A stretch of 64,000 bases of DNA from Escherichia phage teqhad, in sequence record NC_054933.1. One strand, written 5' to 3'. This document shows, one piece after another, positions 55,956-64,000 of this stretch. Within the stretch, counting starts at the first letter, position 1. Every line of letters begins with the position of its first letter. The translations under genes were made by a program, and so were the position numbers. The notes beneath the pieces are model-generated. The model had not been told where the DNA came from, ran no database searches, and worked only from the letters and a program-made list of their open reading frames with translations.

Positions 55956-58900
55956 ATGGCTACTTTAAAACAAATACAATTTAAAAGAAGCAAAACCGCA
56001 GGTGCACGTCCTGCTGCTTCAGTATTAGCCGAAGGTGAATTGGCTATAAATTTAAAAGATAGAACAATTTTTACTAAAGACGATTCAGGAAATATCATTG
56101 ACTTAAGCATTTCCGCTGGCGGTAATATCAGTGGTAATATCACTCAAACTGGTGATTATACACAGACTGGAAAATTTAATTTAATTGGTCCGCAAATTGT
56201 AGCAAGCGGTGGATATATTGAGTTTAATTATCGTACTACTGGAAGTGGGGCTTGGTCCGGTCAACATACTGCGAAAGCTCCAATTTTTGTAGATTTAAGC
56301 TCAGCTACTTCCACATCTGAATATAATCCTATAATTAAACAGCGCTTTAAAGATGGAACTTTTTCATTAGGTACTTTAGTTTCTGAAGGTTCGTTGAAGA
56401 TTCATTATATCAATGAATCTGGCGATTCGAAATATTGGACGTTTCGACGTGACGGCGGATTTACTGTTGACGGTGGAGGTTTAGCAGTATCAGGAGGTAG
56501 TATAACTACATCTGGAAATATTGCAGCTATTGGAAATATTACTTCGCCTCAGATTAATACTAAAAATATTATTTTAGATACAAAAGCATTTGGACAATAC
56601 GATTCGCAATCATTAGTTCAATATGTTTATCCTGGAACAGGCGAAGAAAATGGTATAAACTATCTTCGTAAAGTTCGAGCTAAATCAGGCGGTACAATTT
56701 ATCATGAATTAGCTTCTGCGCAAACCGGAAAAAGTGATGAACTTTCTTGGTGGACTGGTAATACAGCCGTTAATAAACAAATGGGTCTTCGTAATGATGG
56801 GGCTTTAGTATTACGACGCTCACTCGCAATTGGTACAATTACAACAGATGAAAACATTAATAACTACGGCTCCGCTGGAGCAATGGGCGAATGTTATATA
56901 GTTATCGGTGATGCATCAACAGGCTTATCATACAAAAAAACTGGAGTATATGATTTAGTTGCTAGTGGTCTTTCTTTAGCATCTATTACTCCTGATAGTT
57001 TCCGTAGTACCCGTAAAGCGATTTTTGGTCGTTCCGAGGACCAAGGTACAACATGGATTATGCCTGGAACCAACGCCGCGTTTTTATCGGTTCAAACACA
57101 AGCTGATGAAAACACTGCTGGAGACGGCCAGACGCATATTGGCTATAACTCAGGCGGAAAAATGAACCACTATTTCCGTGGTAAAGGCAAAACTAATATT
57201 AATACTCAAGAAGGCATGGAAGTTAACCCGGGTATTTTGAAATTGGTAACTGGCTCTAATAATGTAATGTTTTATGCTGATGGCGGTATTACATCTGTTA
57301 AGCAGCTTTCAATATATAATGGCATATATTTAGCAGCTAATAATTCTACTGCTGGGCTAACATTCGCTCCAACTACTACAATTGATGGCACTAAGCAAAT
57401 TTTGTGGGAAGGCGGTACTCGTGCTGGTCAGAATAAAAGCTATGTAACTGTTAAAGCATGGGGTAATTCATTTAACGCATCTGGCGATCGTAATCGTGAA
57501 ACGGTTTTTGAAGTAGCTGATGGACAAGGATATTATTTTTATTCACAGCGTGTGGCTCCAAGTGGCTCTGAAACTACTGGGCCTGTTGTAACCCAGTTCA
57601 ATGGACAAGTTAATGCTAGAGGAAGTATTATTACTGACGGAAGTTTTAAAGTTAATGGATTAAGCACTTTAGTCGGTAATGTTACCATGTCTAATGGTTT
57701 GTTTGTCCAAGGTGGTTCTTCTATTACTGGACAAGTAAAAATTGGTGGAACTGCTGATGCATTAAGAATTTGGAATGCCGAATACGGTGCTATTTTCCGT
57801 CGCTCAGAAACAGCATTACATATTATCCCGACTCCTAAAGATGCCGGTGAAAGTGGTGGAATAAGTAATCTCCGCCCACTTAGTATTAGTCTTAATAATG
57901 GTATGGTACAAATGCGCCATTCTGTTACGTTAGGCGATGATGGCGCTGGCGGTAATATGATTACTGTGGACAACGATACCAAACTTGTTGTTGTTACTAG
58001 TAATAGTCGCATTTCTCCTAATTACCGTATGCAGGTAGGACAAGCAGCTTATATTGATGCTGAATGTACTGACACAGTTCGCCCGGCTGGTGCAGGGTCT
58101 TTTGCTTCACAAAATAATGAAAACGTTCGTGCTCCATTCTATATGAATATTAATCGTACAGATACAAGTACTTACGTTCCTATTTTGAAACAACGATATG
58201 TCCAAGGAAACAGTTGTTATTCTCTGGGAACTCTAATTAACGGCGGTAACTTCAGAGTTCATTATCATGAAGGCGGCGATGGCGGTTCGACTGGCGCTAT
58301 TATAAAGGATTTAGGTTGGGAATTTACCAAAAATGGTGATTTTATATCTCCTAAGCGTGTTTCTGCTGGTGGTTCAGTTTATTTAGGTACAGACGGCAAT
58401 ATTACAGGTGGTTCTGGCAATTTTGCTAATTTAAACAGTACAATTGAATCACTTAAAACCGATATTGTATCGAGTTACCCAATCGGTGCTCCTATTCCAT
58501 GGCCAACGGATACTCCTCCTGACGGTTACGCTATTATGGAAGGCCAGACTTTTGATAAGTCTGCATACCCAAAATTGGCTATGGCTTACCCATCTGGCGT
58601 AATTCCAGATATGCGCGGGCAAACTATTAAAGGTAAACCAAGTGGTCGAGCTGTATTAAGCGCAGAAGCCGATGGTGTTAAGGCTCATAGCCATAGTGCA
58701 TCGGCTTCAAGTACTGACTTGGGTACTAAAACTACGTCGAGTTTTGATTATGGTACTAAGACGACAAGTAGCTTTGACTATGGCACTAAGACTAGCAATA
58801 CCACAGGTAACCACTCTCATACTGTAAGCGGTACTACGAGTTCTGCTGGTGCACACCAACATGCGCGCTCAGGTCCTCAGATACAAGCCGGCATACCCAA

Positions 58901-59231
58901 TAACATATTCTATGACGGATATAATAGTGTAGGTGCAAACGCCAACGCTAAATTCACTGGAACCGTGAACGGTGCTACTGCAGGGTCGAATATAGCCAAA
59001 ACTTCTTCAGACGGTGCTCATACTCATACTTGGTCTGGTACTACAAGCACTACAGGTAACCATGCTCACACAGTAGGTATTGGTGCTCATACCCATACTG
59101 TAGGTATCGGTGCTCATACCCACACGGTAGCAATTGGCTCGCATGGTCATACTATCACTGTAAATAGTACAGGTAATACAGAAAACACGGTTAAAAACAT
59201 TGCTTTTAACTATATCGTTCGTTTAGCATAA
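55956..59231 (+). CDS. 37: long tail fibre distal subunit gp37 (receptor-binding tip with His-x-His repeats)
   Basis: 1091 aa; C-terminal GxHxH repeats and ...NYIVRLA end. Confidence 0.92.
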   Translation: MATLKQIQFKRSKTAGARPAASVLAEGELAINLKDRTIFTKDDSGNIIDLSISAGGNISGNITQTGDYTQTGKFNLIGPQIVASGGYIEFNYRTTGSGAWSGQHTAKAPIFVDLSSATSTSEYNPIIKQRFKDGTFSLGTLVSEGSLKIHYINESGDSKYWTFRRDGGFTVDGGGLAVSGGSITTSGNIAAIGNITSPQINTKNIILDTKAFGQYDSQSLVQYVYPGTGEENGINYLRKVRAKSGGTIYHELASAQTGKSDELSWWTGNTAVNKQMGLRNDGALVLRRSLAIGTITTDENINNYGSAGAMGECYIVIGDASTGLSYKKTGVYDLVASGLSLASITPDSFRSTRKAIFGRSEDQGTTWIMPGTNAAFLSVQTQADENTAGDGQTHIGYNSGGKMNHYFRGKGKTNINTQEGMEVNPGILKLVTGSNNVMFYADGGITSVKQLSIYNGIYLAANNSTAGLTFAPTTTIDGTKQILWEGGTRAGQNKSYVTVKAWGNSFNASGDRNRETVFEVADGQGYYFYSQRVAPSGSETTGPVVTQFNGQVNARGSIITDGSFKVNGLSTLVGNVTMSNGLFVQGGSSITGQVKIGGTADALRIWNAEYGAIFRRSETALHIIPTPKDAGESGGISNLRPLSISLNNGMVQMRHSVTLGDDGAGGNMITVDNDTKLVVVTSNSRISPNYRMQVGQAAYIDAECTDTVRPAGAGSFASQNNENVRAPFYMNINRTDTSTYVPILKQRYVQGNSCYSLGTLINGGNFRVHYHEGGDGGSTGAIIKDLGWEFTKNGDFISPKRVSAGGSVYLGTDGNITGGSGNFANLNSTIESLKTDIVSSYPIGAPIPWPTDTPPDGYAIMEGQTFDKSAYPKLAMAYPSGVIPDMRGQTIKGKPSGRAVLSAEADGVKAHSHSASASSTDLGTKTTSSFDYGTKTTSSFDYGTKTSNTTGNHSHTVSGTTSSAGAHQHARSGPQIQAGIPNNIFYDGYNSVGANANAKFTGTVNGATAGSNIAKTSSDGAHTHTWSGTTSTTGNHAHTVGIGAHTHTVGIGAHTHTVAIGSHGHTITVNSTGNTENTVKNIAFNYIVRLA

Positions 59232-59258
59232 GGAGAGGGGCTTCGGCCCCTTCTAAAT
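59231..59258 (+). promoter_or_regulatory. gene 38 translation initiation region: SD, hairpin, AUG
   Basis: AGGAG at 59231-59235, GGGGC-UUCG-GCCCC hairpin 59237-59250, ATG at 59259. Confidence 0.6.
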
Positions 59259-59810
59259 ATGAAAATATATCATTATTATTTTGACACTAAAGAATTTTAC
59301 AAAGAAGAAAATTACAAACCGGTTAAAGGCCTCGGTCTTCCTGCTCATTCAACAATTAAAAAACCTTTAGAACCTAAAGAAGGATATGCAGTTGTATTTG
59401 ATGAACGTACTCAGGATTGGATTTATGAAGAAGACCATCGCGGAAAACGAGCATGGACTTTTAATAAAGAAGAAATTTTTATAAGTGAAATTGGAAGCCC
59501 GGTTGGTATAACTTTTGATGAGCCTGGCGAATTTGATATATGGACTGATGACGGTTGGAAAGAAGACGAAACATATAAGCGAGTTTTAATTCGTAATAGA
59601 AAAATTGAAGAATTATATAAAGAGTTCCAAGTTTTAAATAATATGATTGAAGCTTCTGTCGCCAATAAAAAGGAAAAATTTTATTATAAAAACCTTAAGC
59701 GGTTCTTTGCTCTTTTAGAAAAGCATGAGCATTTAGGTGGTGAATTCCCTTCATGGCCTGAAAAAGAACGGAAACCTTGGTATAAGCGTTTATTCAAGCA
59801 TTACGTATAA
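59259..59810 (+). CDS. 38: tail fibre assembly chaperone gp38 (T4-type)
   Basis: 183 aa; SD-hairpin-AUG initiation region upstream. Confidence 0.88.
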   Translation: MKIYHYYFDTKEFYKEENYKPVKGLGLPAHSTIKKPLEPKEGYAVVFDERTQDWIYEEDHRGKRAWTFNKEEIFISEIGSPVGITFDEPGEFDIWTDDGWKEDETYKRVLIRNRKIEELYKEFQVLNNMIEASVANKKEKFYYKNLKRFFALLEKHEHLGGEFPSWPEKERKPWYKRLFKHYV

Positions 59811-59813
59811 ATA
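59806..59813 (+). promoter_or_regulatory. late promoter TATAAATA (holin t)
   Basis: Exact TATAAATA overlapping gene 38 stop. Confidence 0.7.
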
Positions 59814-59830
59814 TCTTAAAAGGAGGGTCT

Positions 59831-60487
59831 ATGGCAGCACCTAGAATATCATTTTCGCCCTCTGATATTCTATTTGGTGTTCTAGATCGCTTGTTCAAAG
59901 ATAACGCTACTGGGAAGGTTCTTGCTTCCCGGGTAGCTGTCGTAATTCTTTTATTTATGATGGCGATTGTTTGGTATAGGGGAGATAGTTTCTTTGAGTA
60001 CTATAAGCAATCAAAGTATGAAACATACAGTGAAATTATTGAAAAGGAAAGAAATGCACGCTTTGAATCTGTCGCCCTGGAACAACTCCAGATAGTTCAT
60101 ATATCATCTGAGGCAGACTTTAGTGCGGTGTATTCTTTCCGCCCTAAAAACTTAAACTATTTTGTTGATATTATAGCATACGAAGGAAGATTACCTTCAA
60201 CAATAACTGAAAAATCACTTGGAGGATATCCTGTTGATAAAACTATGGATGAATATATAGTTCATTTAAATGGACGTCATTATTATTCTGACTCAAAATT
60301 TGCTTTTTTACCAACTAAAAAGCCTACTCCCGAAATAAACTACATGTACAGTTGTCCATATTTTAATTTGGATAATATCTATGCTGGAACGATAACCATG
60401 TACTGGTATAGAAATGATCATATAAGTAATGACCGCCTTGAATCAATATGCGCTCAGGCGGCCAGAATATTAGGAAGGGCTAAATAA
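59831..60487 (+). CDS. t: holin T
   Basis: 218 aa; single N-terminal TM segment; late promoter at 59806-59813. Confidence 0.93.
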   Translation: MAAPRISFSPSDILFGVLDRLFKDNATGKVLASRVAVVILLFMMAIVWYRGDSFFEYYKQSKYETYSEIIEKERNARFESVALEQLQIVHISSEADFSAVYSFRPKNLNYFVDIIAYEGRLPSTITEKSLGGYPVDKTMDEYIVHLNGRHYYSDSKFAFLPTKKPTPEINYMYSCPYFNLDNIYAGTITMYWYRNDHISNDRLESICAQAARILGRAK

Positions 60488-60760
60488 TTATTTGTTCGTA
60501 TACATCTCTAGATATCGATATACACCCTCAAAACCCTCGTTGAATTCGTCGATGAGGGTTTTCTTATCTTCTTGAGTTAATTCAGAAACAATTTTACGGA
60601 ATGAATTCTGATTTAATTTTCTACCTTCATGCGTTACTCCAATCTCATTCAGAAATGCAATAAAATTAGCACGATTCTCAACAATATCTTCTCTGGAAAA
60701 TTTAATCAAAATAGACGCAACAGTAATAATTTCACGAACTGTATCAATGTTTTTATTCAT
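60488..60760 (-). CDS. asiA: anti-sigma70 factor AsiA
   Basis: 90 aa, MNKNIDTVREIITVASILIKFSREDIVENRANF... Confidence 0.93.
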   Translation of the reverse strand: MNKNIDTVREIITVASILIKFSREDIVENRANFIAFLNEIGVTHEGRKLNQNSFRKIVSELTQEDKKTLIDEFNEGFEGVYRYLEMYTNK

Positions 60761-60921
60761 TAACTATACCACTCAATTAGTTGACTTTGTTATAATATCA
60801 TCAGACGCTTGATTTGTAAACTGGTCTGTGTTATTTTCTTCAAAAATTTTTTCTACGAATTCCTTGAACGACTTACGTTCCTGAGCTACATTATGCTCGA
60901 TTACTTTTTCAAGATTATGAC

Positions 60922-61200
60922 TCATTCGAAATAATCTTCAATTTCATAATCATGGACGTAAATCATTATAGTTTTTAATACATCATCAATACTTTTTCCT
61001 GGAGCTGGAATTACGTAGAAATATCCTGCTTTTGAGAGGTCTTTATAAGTTCCAATCAAGAAATCATTATTCTCAAGATGTAGTTCTTCAACTAATTCAT
61101 TAACAATTGAATGGTATAGGTTTGGTAGAAACTTATATAGCTTTTCTAGAATATCAATTTTGATTGTGTATTGAACCACGGATTGAGAATCAATAATCAT
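60922..61200 (-). CDS. arn: Arn, inhibitor of McrBC restriction
   Basis: 92 aa, MIIDSQSVVQYTIKIDILEKLYKF... Confidence 0.9.
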   Translation of the reverse strand: MIIDSQSVVQYTIKIDILEKLYKFLPNLYHSIVNELVEELHLENNDFLIGTYKDLSKAGYFYVIPAPGKSIDDVLKTIMIYVHDYEIEDYFE

Positions 61201-61283
61201 AGACCTTCCCCTTATGTTTCTGTTTGCGATTAGATTCTTTAAACGCTTTCTTCTTATCCTTATGAACAGAAGCTTTATTAAAA

Positions 61284-61502
61284 TTATGTTTTGCGACTAA
61301 ATTGTTCATAGTGCTGAATTACCTCTCTCAAACATTTGCATGTGAATGAAAACTTTTTAGCTACACCACATTCAAATATATGTTCTCTTAAATCGCGTGT
61401 ATCGGTATATCCCATCTCAACAATAAAATGCCGTATTAGATTTTTATCTTTATCATTGAGAGAATTAAAATAATCAGATTTTGAATTAATTTCCCTGGCC
61501 AA
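61284..61502 (-). CDS. hypothetical protein (arn.x cluster)
   Basis: 72 aa. Confidence 0.55.
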   Translation of the reverse strand: MAREINSKSDYFNSLNDKDKNLIRHFIVEMGYTDTRDLREHIFECGVAKKFSFTCKCLREVIQHYEQFSRKT

Positions 61503-61782
61503 ATTGAATCACCTTCAGTTGACGTTTTAATTCTTTTATCATTTCTTCGTTCATCGCAATATAAAGATCGCGTAAAGCAGGTTTTAGCATTCCATTTACT
61601 GGAGAACTAAATGGACATACATAATCTTTTCCTACAAGCTTTTTGGCAAATTCCATATCACAAAATTTAAATGCCGGCTCATTCGCATAAATTCCCCAAT
61701 TAGTTGACATCATTTTATTGGCATATTCCAGTGCCTGGATTTGATTCATAATTCCATCGATTTGAAACTTTTTAATATTCAT
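61486..61782 (-). CDS. hypothetical protein (arn.x cluster)
   Basis: 98 aa. Confidence 0.55.
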   Translation of the reverse strand: MNIKKFQIDGIMNQIQALEYANKMMSTNWGIYANEPAFKFCDMEFAKKLVGKDYVCPFSSPVNGMLKPALRDLYIAMNEEMIKELKRQLKVIQFGQGN

Positions 61783-62243
61783 TAGTAAAGGTCCTCAGAG
61801 TAAAGTTCTTTTTCACTACCACCACGTTCAATACGTACTTGTCCAGCGTAAGTTGCAATAATCATTGCTTCTTCACGTGTCCAATAATTACTGTATTGGT
61901 CAATAAACCCTTGGTCATCATCACAAACTTGTTGAGTAACTAATTGAGGTTTAACTACATCTAAAACTTCGGCCATATCTTTAGAATAATGACGAGCACC
62001 TGGAATAATAAGAGTTCGTCCATCTTTTAATTTAAAACGGTTGGCTGCACAGACAATTCGTCGTTGATACTTTTGGTTTTCATCCCAGTACGCAGTCTGC
62101 CAACAGATTTCAGGAACTTCTTTCAGAATATCTTCTTCTGTGCATTTATAACCATGCGTTTTAAATTTTTCAACAAGACTTTCTGGAGTTTCACGAGATA
62201 AAGGAACATTCAGCATTTTTAAACGATTGATAAATGGGTTCAT
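61782..62243 (-). CDS. hypothetical protein (arn.x cluster)
   Basis: 153 aa. Confidence 0.6.
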   Translation of the reverse strand: MNPFINRLKMLNVPLSRETPESLVEKFKTHGYKCTEEDILKEVPEICWQTAYWDENQKYQRRIVCAANRFKLKDGRTLIIPGARHYSKDMAEVLDVVKPQLVTQQVCDDDQGFIDQYSNYWTREEAMIIATYAGQVRIERGGSEKELYSEDLY

Positions 62244-62569
62244 TTAAACCATCCTTTAATACGTTGCCACAAAGTTTTCTGCTGAGCTCTGTTAACACCA
62301 ATTGAACGAATAACCGGTTGAGATTCCTGGAATTCTTTATAATCAGCAAGGTAAATTTCGTAAGCTGCATCCGTAAATGAACTTATCGCTGCCATAAAAT
62401 TATTACGAATACCTACTGGAGCATCTTTACTTTCACGAATAATCATGTATTTACCAGTCTTAATCTTTACGATAGTTCCAAGATAAGCTCCATGATACCA
62501 GATGTCCCAACCCTCTTGTGTAGGTTCTGCACAACGACGAAGTTCATTAACAATTTCTAACTTGTTCAT
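62240..62569 (-). CDS. hypothetical protein (arn.x cluster)
   Basis: 109 aa. Confidence 0.55.
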   Translation of the reverse strand: MNKLEIVNELRRCAEPTQEGWDIWYHGAYLGTIVKIKTGKYMIIRESKDAPVGIRNNFMAAISSFTDAAYEIYLADYKEFQESQPVIRSIGVNRAQQKTLWQRIKGWFK

Positions 62570-62579
62570 TATTTATTCC

Positions 62580-63215
62580 TCACAGTTCAGATGCTACAGT
62601 GATTACTGCTTCAATGTTTTCTGCTGAGCGTTTAATGTCAAGATACACATTACCGTTTTTAGCGATTTTACATGACATTCCGATATCAGTAAATTTCTGA
62701 ATATGATGTTCCATCATTTTGTATCCAAAAATTCGCATATTTCCATTGTTGTTAATTTCAAAATTGCGAATTCCATGTGTACGTTTTTCTAAAATGGCAA
62801 GATAATTACTACGATAAGTTTCAACCTTTTTAAGAACAAATCCATTTTCATCTAGCAGTTTTAACATGAGGTCTTTATCTTCTTCCATATCAGAAGTAAT
62901 CTCACGAGCTTTACGAGTTGCTCGTTTTTTCAGAAGTTCTGGAGCATTTTCCTGTGCATATAAAGTTGCTGCATTTGAAATAATATCTTGTGCTTCACCC
63001 GTGATGATTAATCCATCACCTGATTTCTCTACCAGGCCTTTTTTAATTAATACCCCAATATTACTATTAACTACTGCGTTACCTAAATCTGGATGCACCT
63101 CACGAACTTCTGCAGCTGTAATGAAATCTTTCTTAGCAATGGTAATTAAAATCGCAGCGGTTTTTTCATTCAGAACATCGTTAGAAGCTTTGATGATGTA
63201 AGTTACTTTAGACAT
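62580..63215 (-). CDS. motA: middle-transcription activator MotA
   Basis: 211 aa, MSKVTYIIKASNDVLNEKTAAILITIAKKDF... Confidence 0.93.
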   Translation of the reverse strand: MSKVTYIIKASNDVLNEKTAAILITIAKKDFITAAEVREVHPDLGNAVVNSNIGVLIKKGLVEKSGDGLIITGEAQDIISNAATLYAQENAPELLKKRATRKAREITSDMEEDKDLMLKLLDENGFVLKKVETYRSNYLAILEKRTHGIRNFEINNNGNMRIFGYKMMEHHIQKFTDIGMSCKIAKNGNVYLDIKRSAENIEAVITVASEL

Positions 63216-63255
63216 TTTCTAATCTCCGTAATTCTGTATCAGTAGTTGATAGTTG

Positions 63256-63286
63256 TATAGTACCACAGTATGCTTTGGTTGTAAAC
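63256..63286 (-). promoter_or_regulatory. early promoter for motA within PeSL-like cassette
   Basis: Minus strand GGTTTACA ... TGGTACTAT, preceded by terminator 63318-63337. Confidence 0.55.
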
Positions 63287-63317
63287 CGTTTTGTGAAAAA
63301 ATTTTTGAAATAAAAAA

Positions 63318-63337
63318 GGGAGAGCCTCGGCTCTCCC
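63318..63337 (-). terminator. terminator upstream of motA early promoter
   Basis: GGGAGAGC-CUCG-GCUCUCCC with flanking A/T runs. Confidence 0.65.
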
Positions 63338-63342
63338 TAAAA

Positions 63343-63492
63343 TTACTGCATGACTGTGATAACTGTCATGATAACACGTTGAATGCCGAACGCAAGAAGA
63401 CCTCCTGCTACGGCTGGAACAACACCTAAACCCGCCAGTAAAATGCTACCGGATACTAATGCAGCGCTTGTAATACCTATGAATGGACTCAT
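63343..63492 (-). CDS. small hydrophobic membrane protein, 49 aa, not in ORF track
   Basis: Hand translation MSPFIGITSAALVSGSILLAGLGVVPAVAGGLLAFGIQRVIMTVITVMQ; ATG overlaps gene 52 stop as ATGA. Confidence 0.5.
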   Translation of the reverse strand: MSPFIGITSAALVSGSILLAGLGVVPAVAGGLLAFGIQRVIMTVITVMQ

Positions 63493-64000
63493 TTGATTTC
63501 CTCTAAATCTTTGGTGTATTCTGTAACTACATCAGTAGTTTTCCAATATTCGTTTTCTTCTTTTTTAGCTTTAGCTTCTTCAGCAAGTTTCTTTGCTTCA
63601 TCAGAAGTCATATGAAAAATATTCATACCAACTAGTTTATCAACATAAGAAGAATACATCTCAATTTTAGAAAGTTCTTCGGTCAGTTCTTTACGAGTTT
63701 TACCCTGTACAACAATTTCACCTGAAATTACTTTCTTAATGAAATGCGCCTTGGCAAAGGCTAAACGAAAAGCTGACTCAGTTTCTTTAATTTTGTTATC
63801 AATTCGTTTTTGGACATAAGTTTTACGAACTTCGACGAAGTCTTTGATTAAATCAACTACGTTATCGTAAACTTGCAGTTTTCCTTTCTCATTAATAACC
63901 GTAATATTCTGAGAACGACGCTCAATCAACCCAAAGTCTTTCATAATTTTTGCATGGCGTTCTTCTTCGTTATCGCTCAAAGAATATTCTTTACGGAATT
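63489..64000 (-). CDS. 52: DNA topoisomerase II medium subunit gp52, C-terminal part (5' end beyond window)
   Basis: Reading frame ends at TGA 63489-63491 and is expected to continue past the window edge; follows motA as in T4. Confidence 0.8.
   Translation of the reverse strand, partial: FRKEYSLSDNEEERHAKIMKDFGLIERRSQNITVINEKGKLQVYDNVVDLIKDFVEVRKTYVQKRIDNKIKETESAFRLAFAKAHFIKKVISGEIVVQGKTRKELTEELSKIEMYSSYVDKLVGMNIFHMTSDEAKKLAEEAKAKKEENEYWKTTDVVTEYTKDLEEIK

Noticed and set aside
57539-58012. 157-aa antisense ORF inside gene 37
   Set aside because: Embedded antisense frame in the tail fibre gene; no independent start signals.

Overview
This window is a contiguous segment of a T4-like (Tequatrovirus-type) myovirus genome, running from the 3' part of tail sheath gene 18 to the 3' part of topoisomerase gene 52. 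Gene order and many protein sequences match phage T4 as I recall it; no database search was possible, so all names rest on recognition and motifs. Plus-strand late modules: tail sheath/tube (18, 19), portal and head genes (20, 67, 68, 21, 22, 23, 24), baseplate hub (51, 27, 28, 29, 48, 54), long tail fibre genes (34, 35, 36, 37, 38) and holin t. Minus-strand early/middle modules: rnlB, hoc, inh, uvsY, 25/26, two tandem Alt-type ADP-ribosyltransferases, DNA ligase 30, a run of small ORFs, rIII, 31, cd, pseT, a spanin pair, alc, rnlA, denA, nrdB, nrdA, td, frd, 32, 59, 33, dsbA, rnh, asiA, arn, motA and the end of 52. Regulatory signals are dense and readable: TATAAATA late promoters, GTTTAC-type early promoters, a MotA-box middle promoter before uvsY, and many GC-stem tetraloop terminators. 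No tRNA, rRNA, CRISPR array, integrase or transposase was seen. I found no single obvious novel multi-gene system. The points worth a second look are the two Alt paralogs beside a possible NADAR-like ORF, an extra ORF wedged between frd and td, intron-free td and nrdB, repeated terminator-plus-early-promoter cassettes, a repeat-expanded gp37 tip, and several small-ORF islands next to known anti-defence genes.
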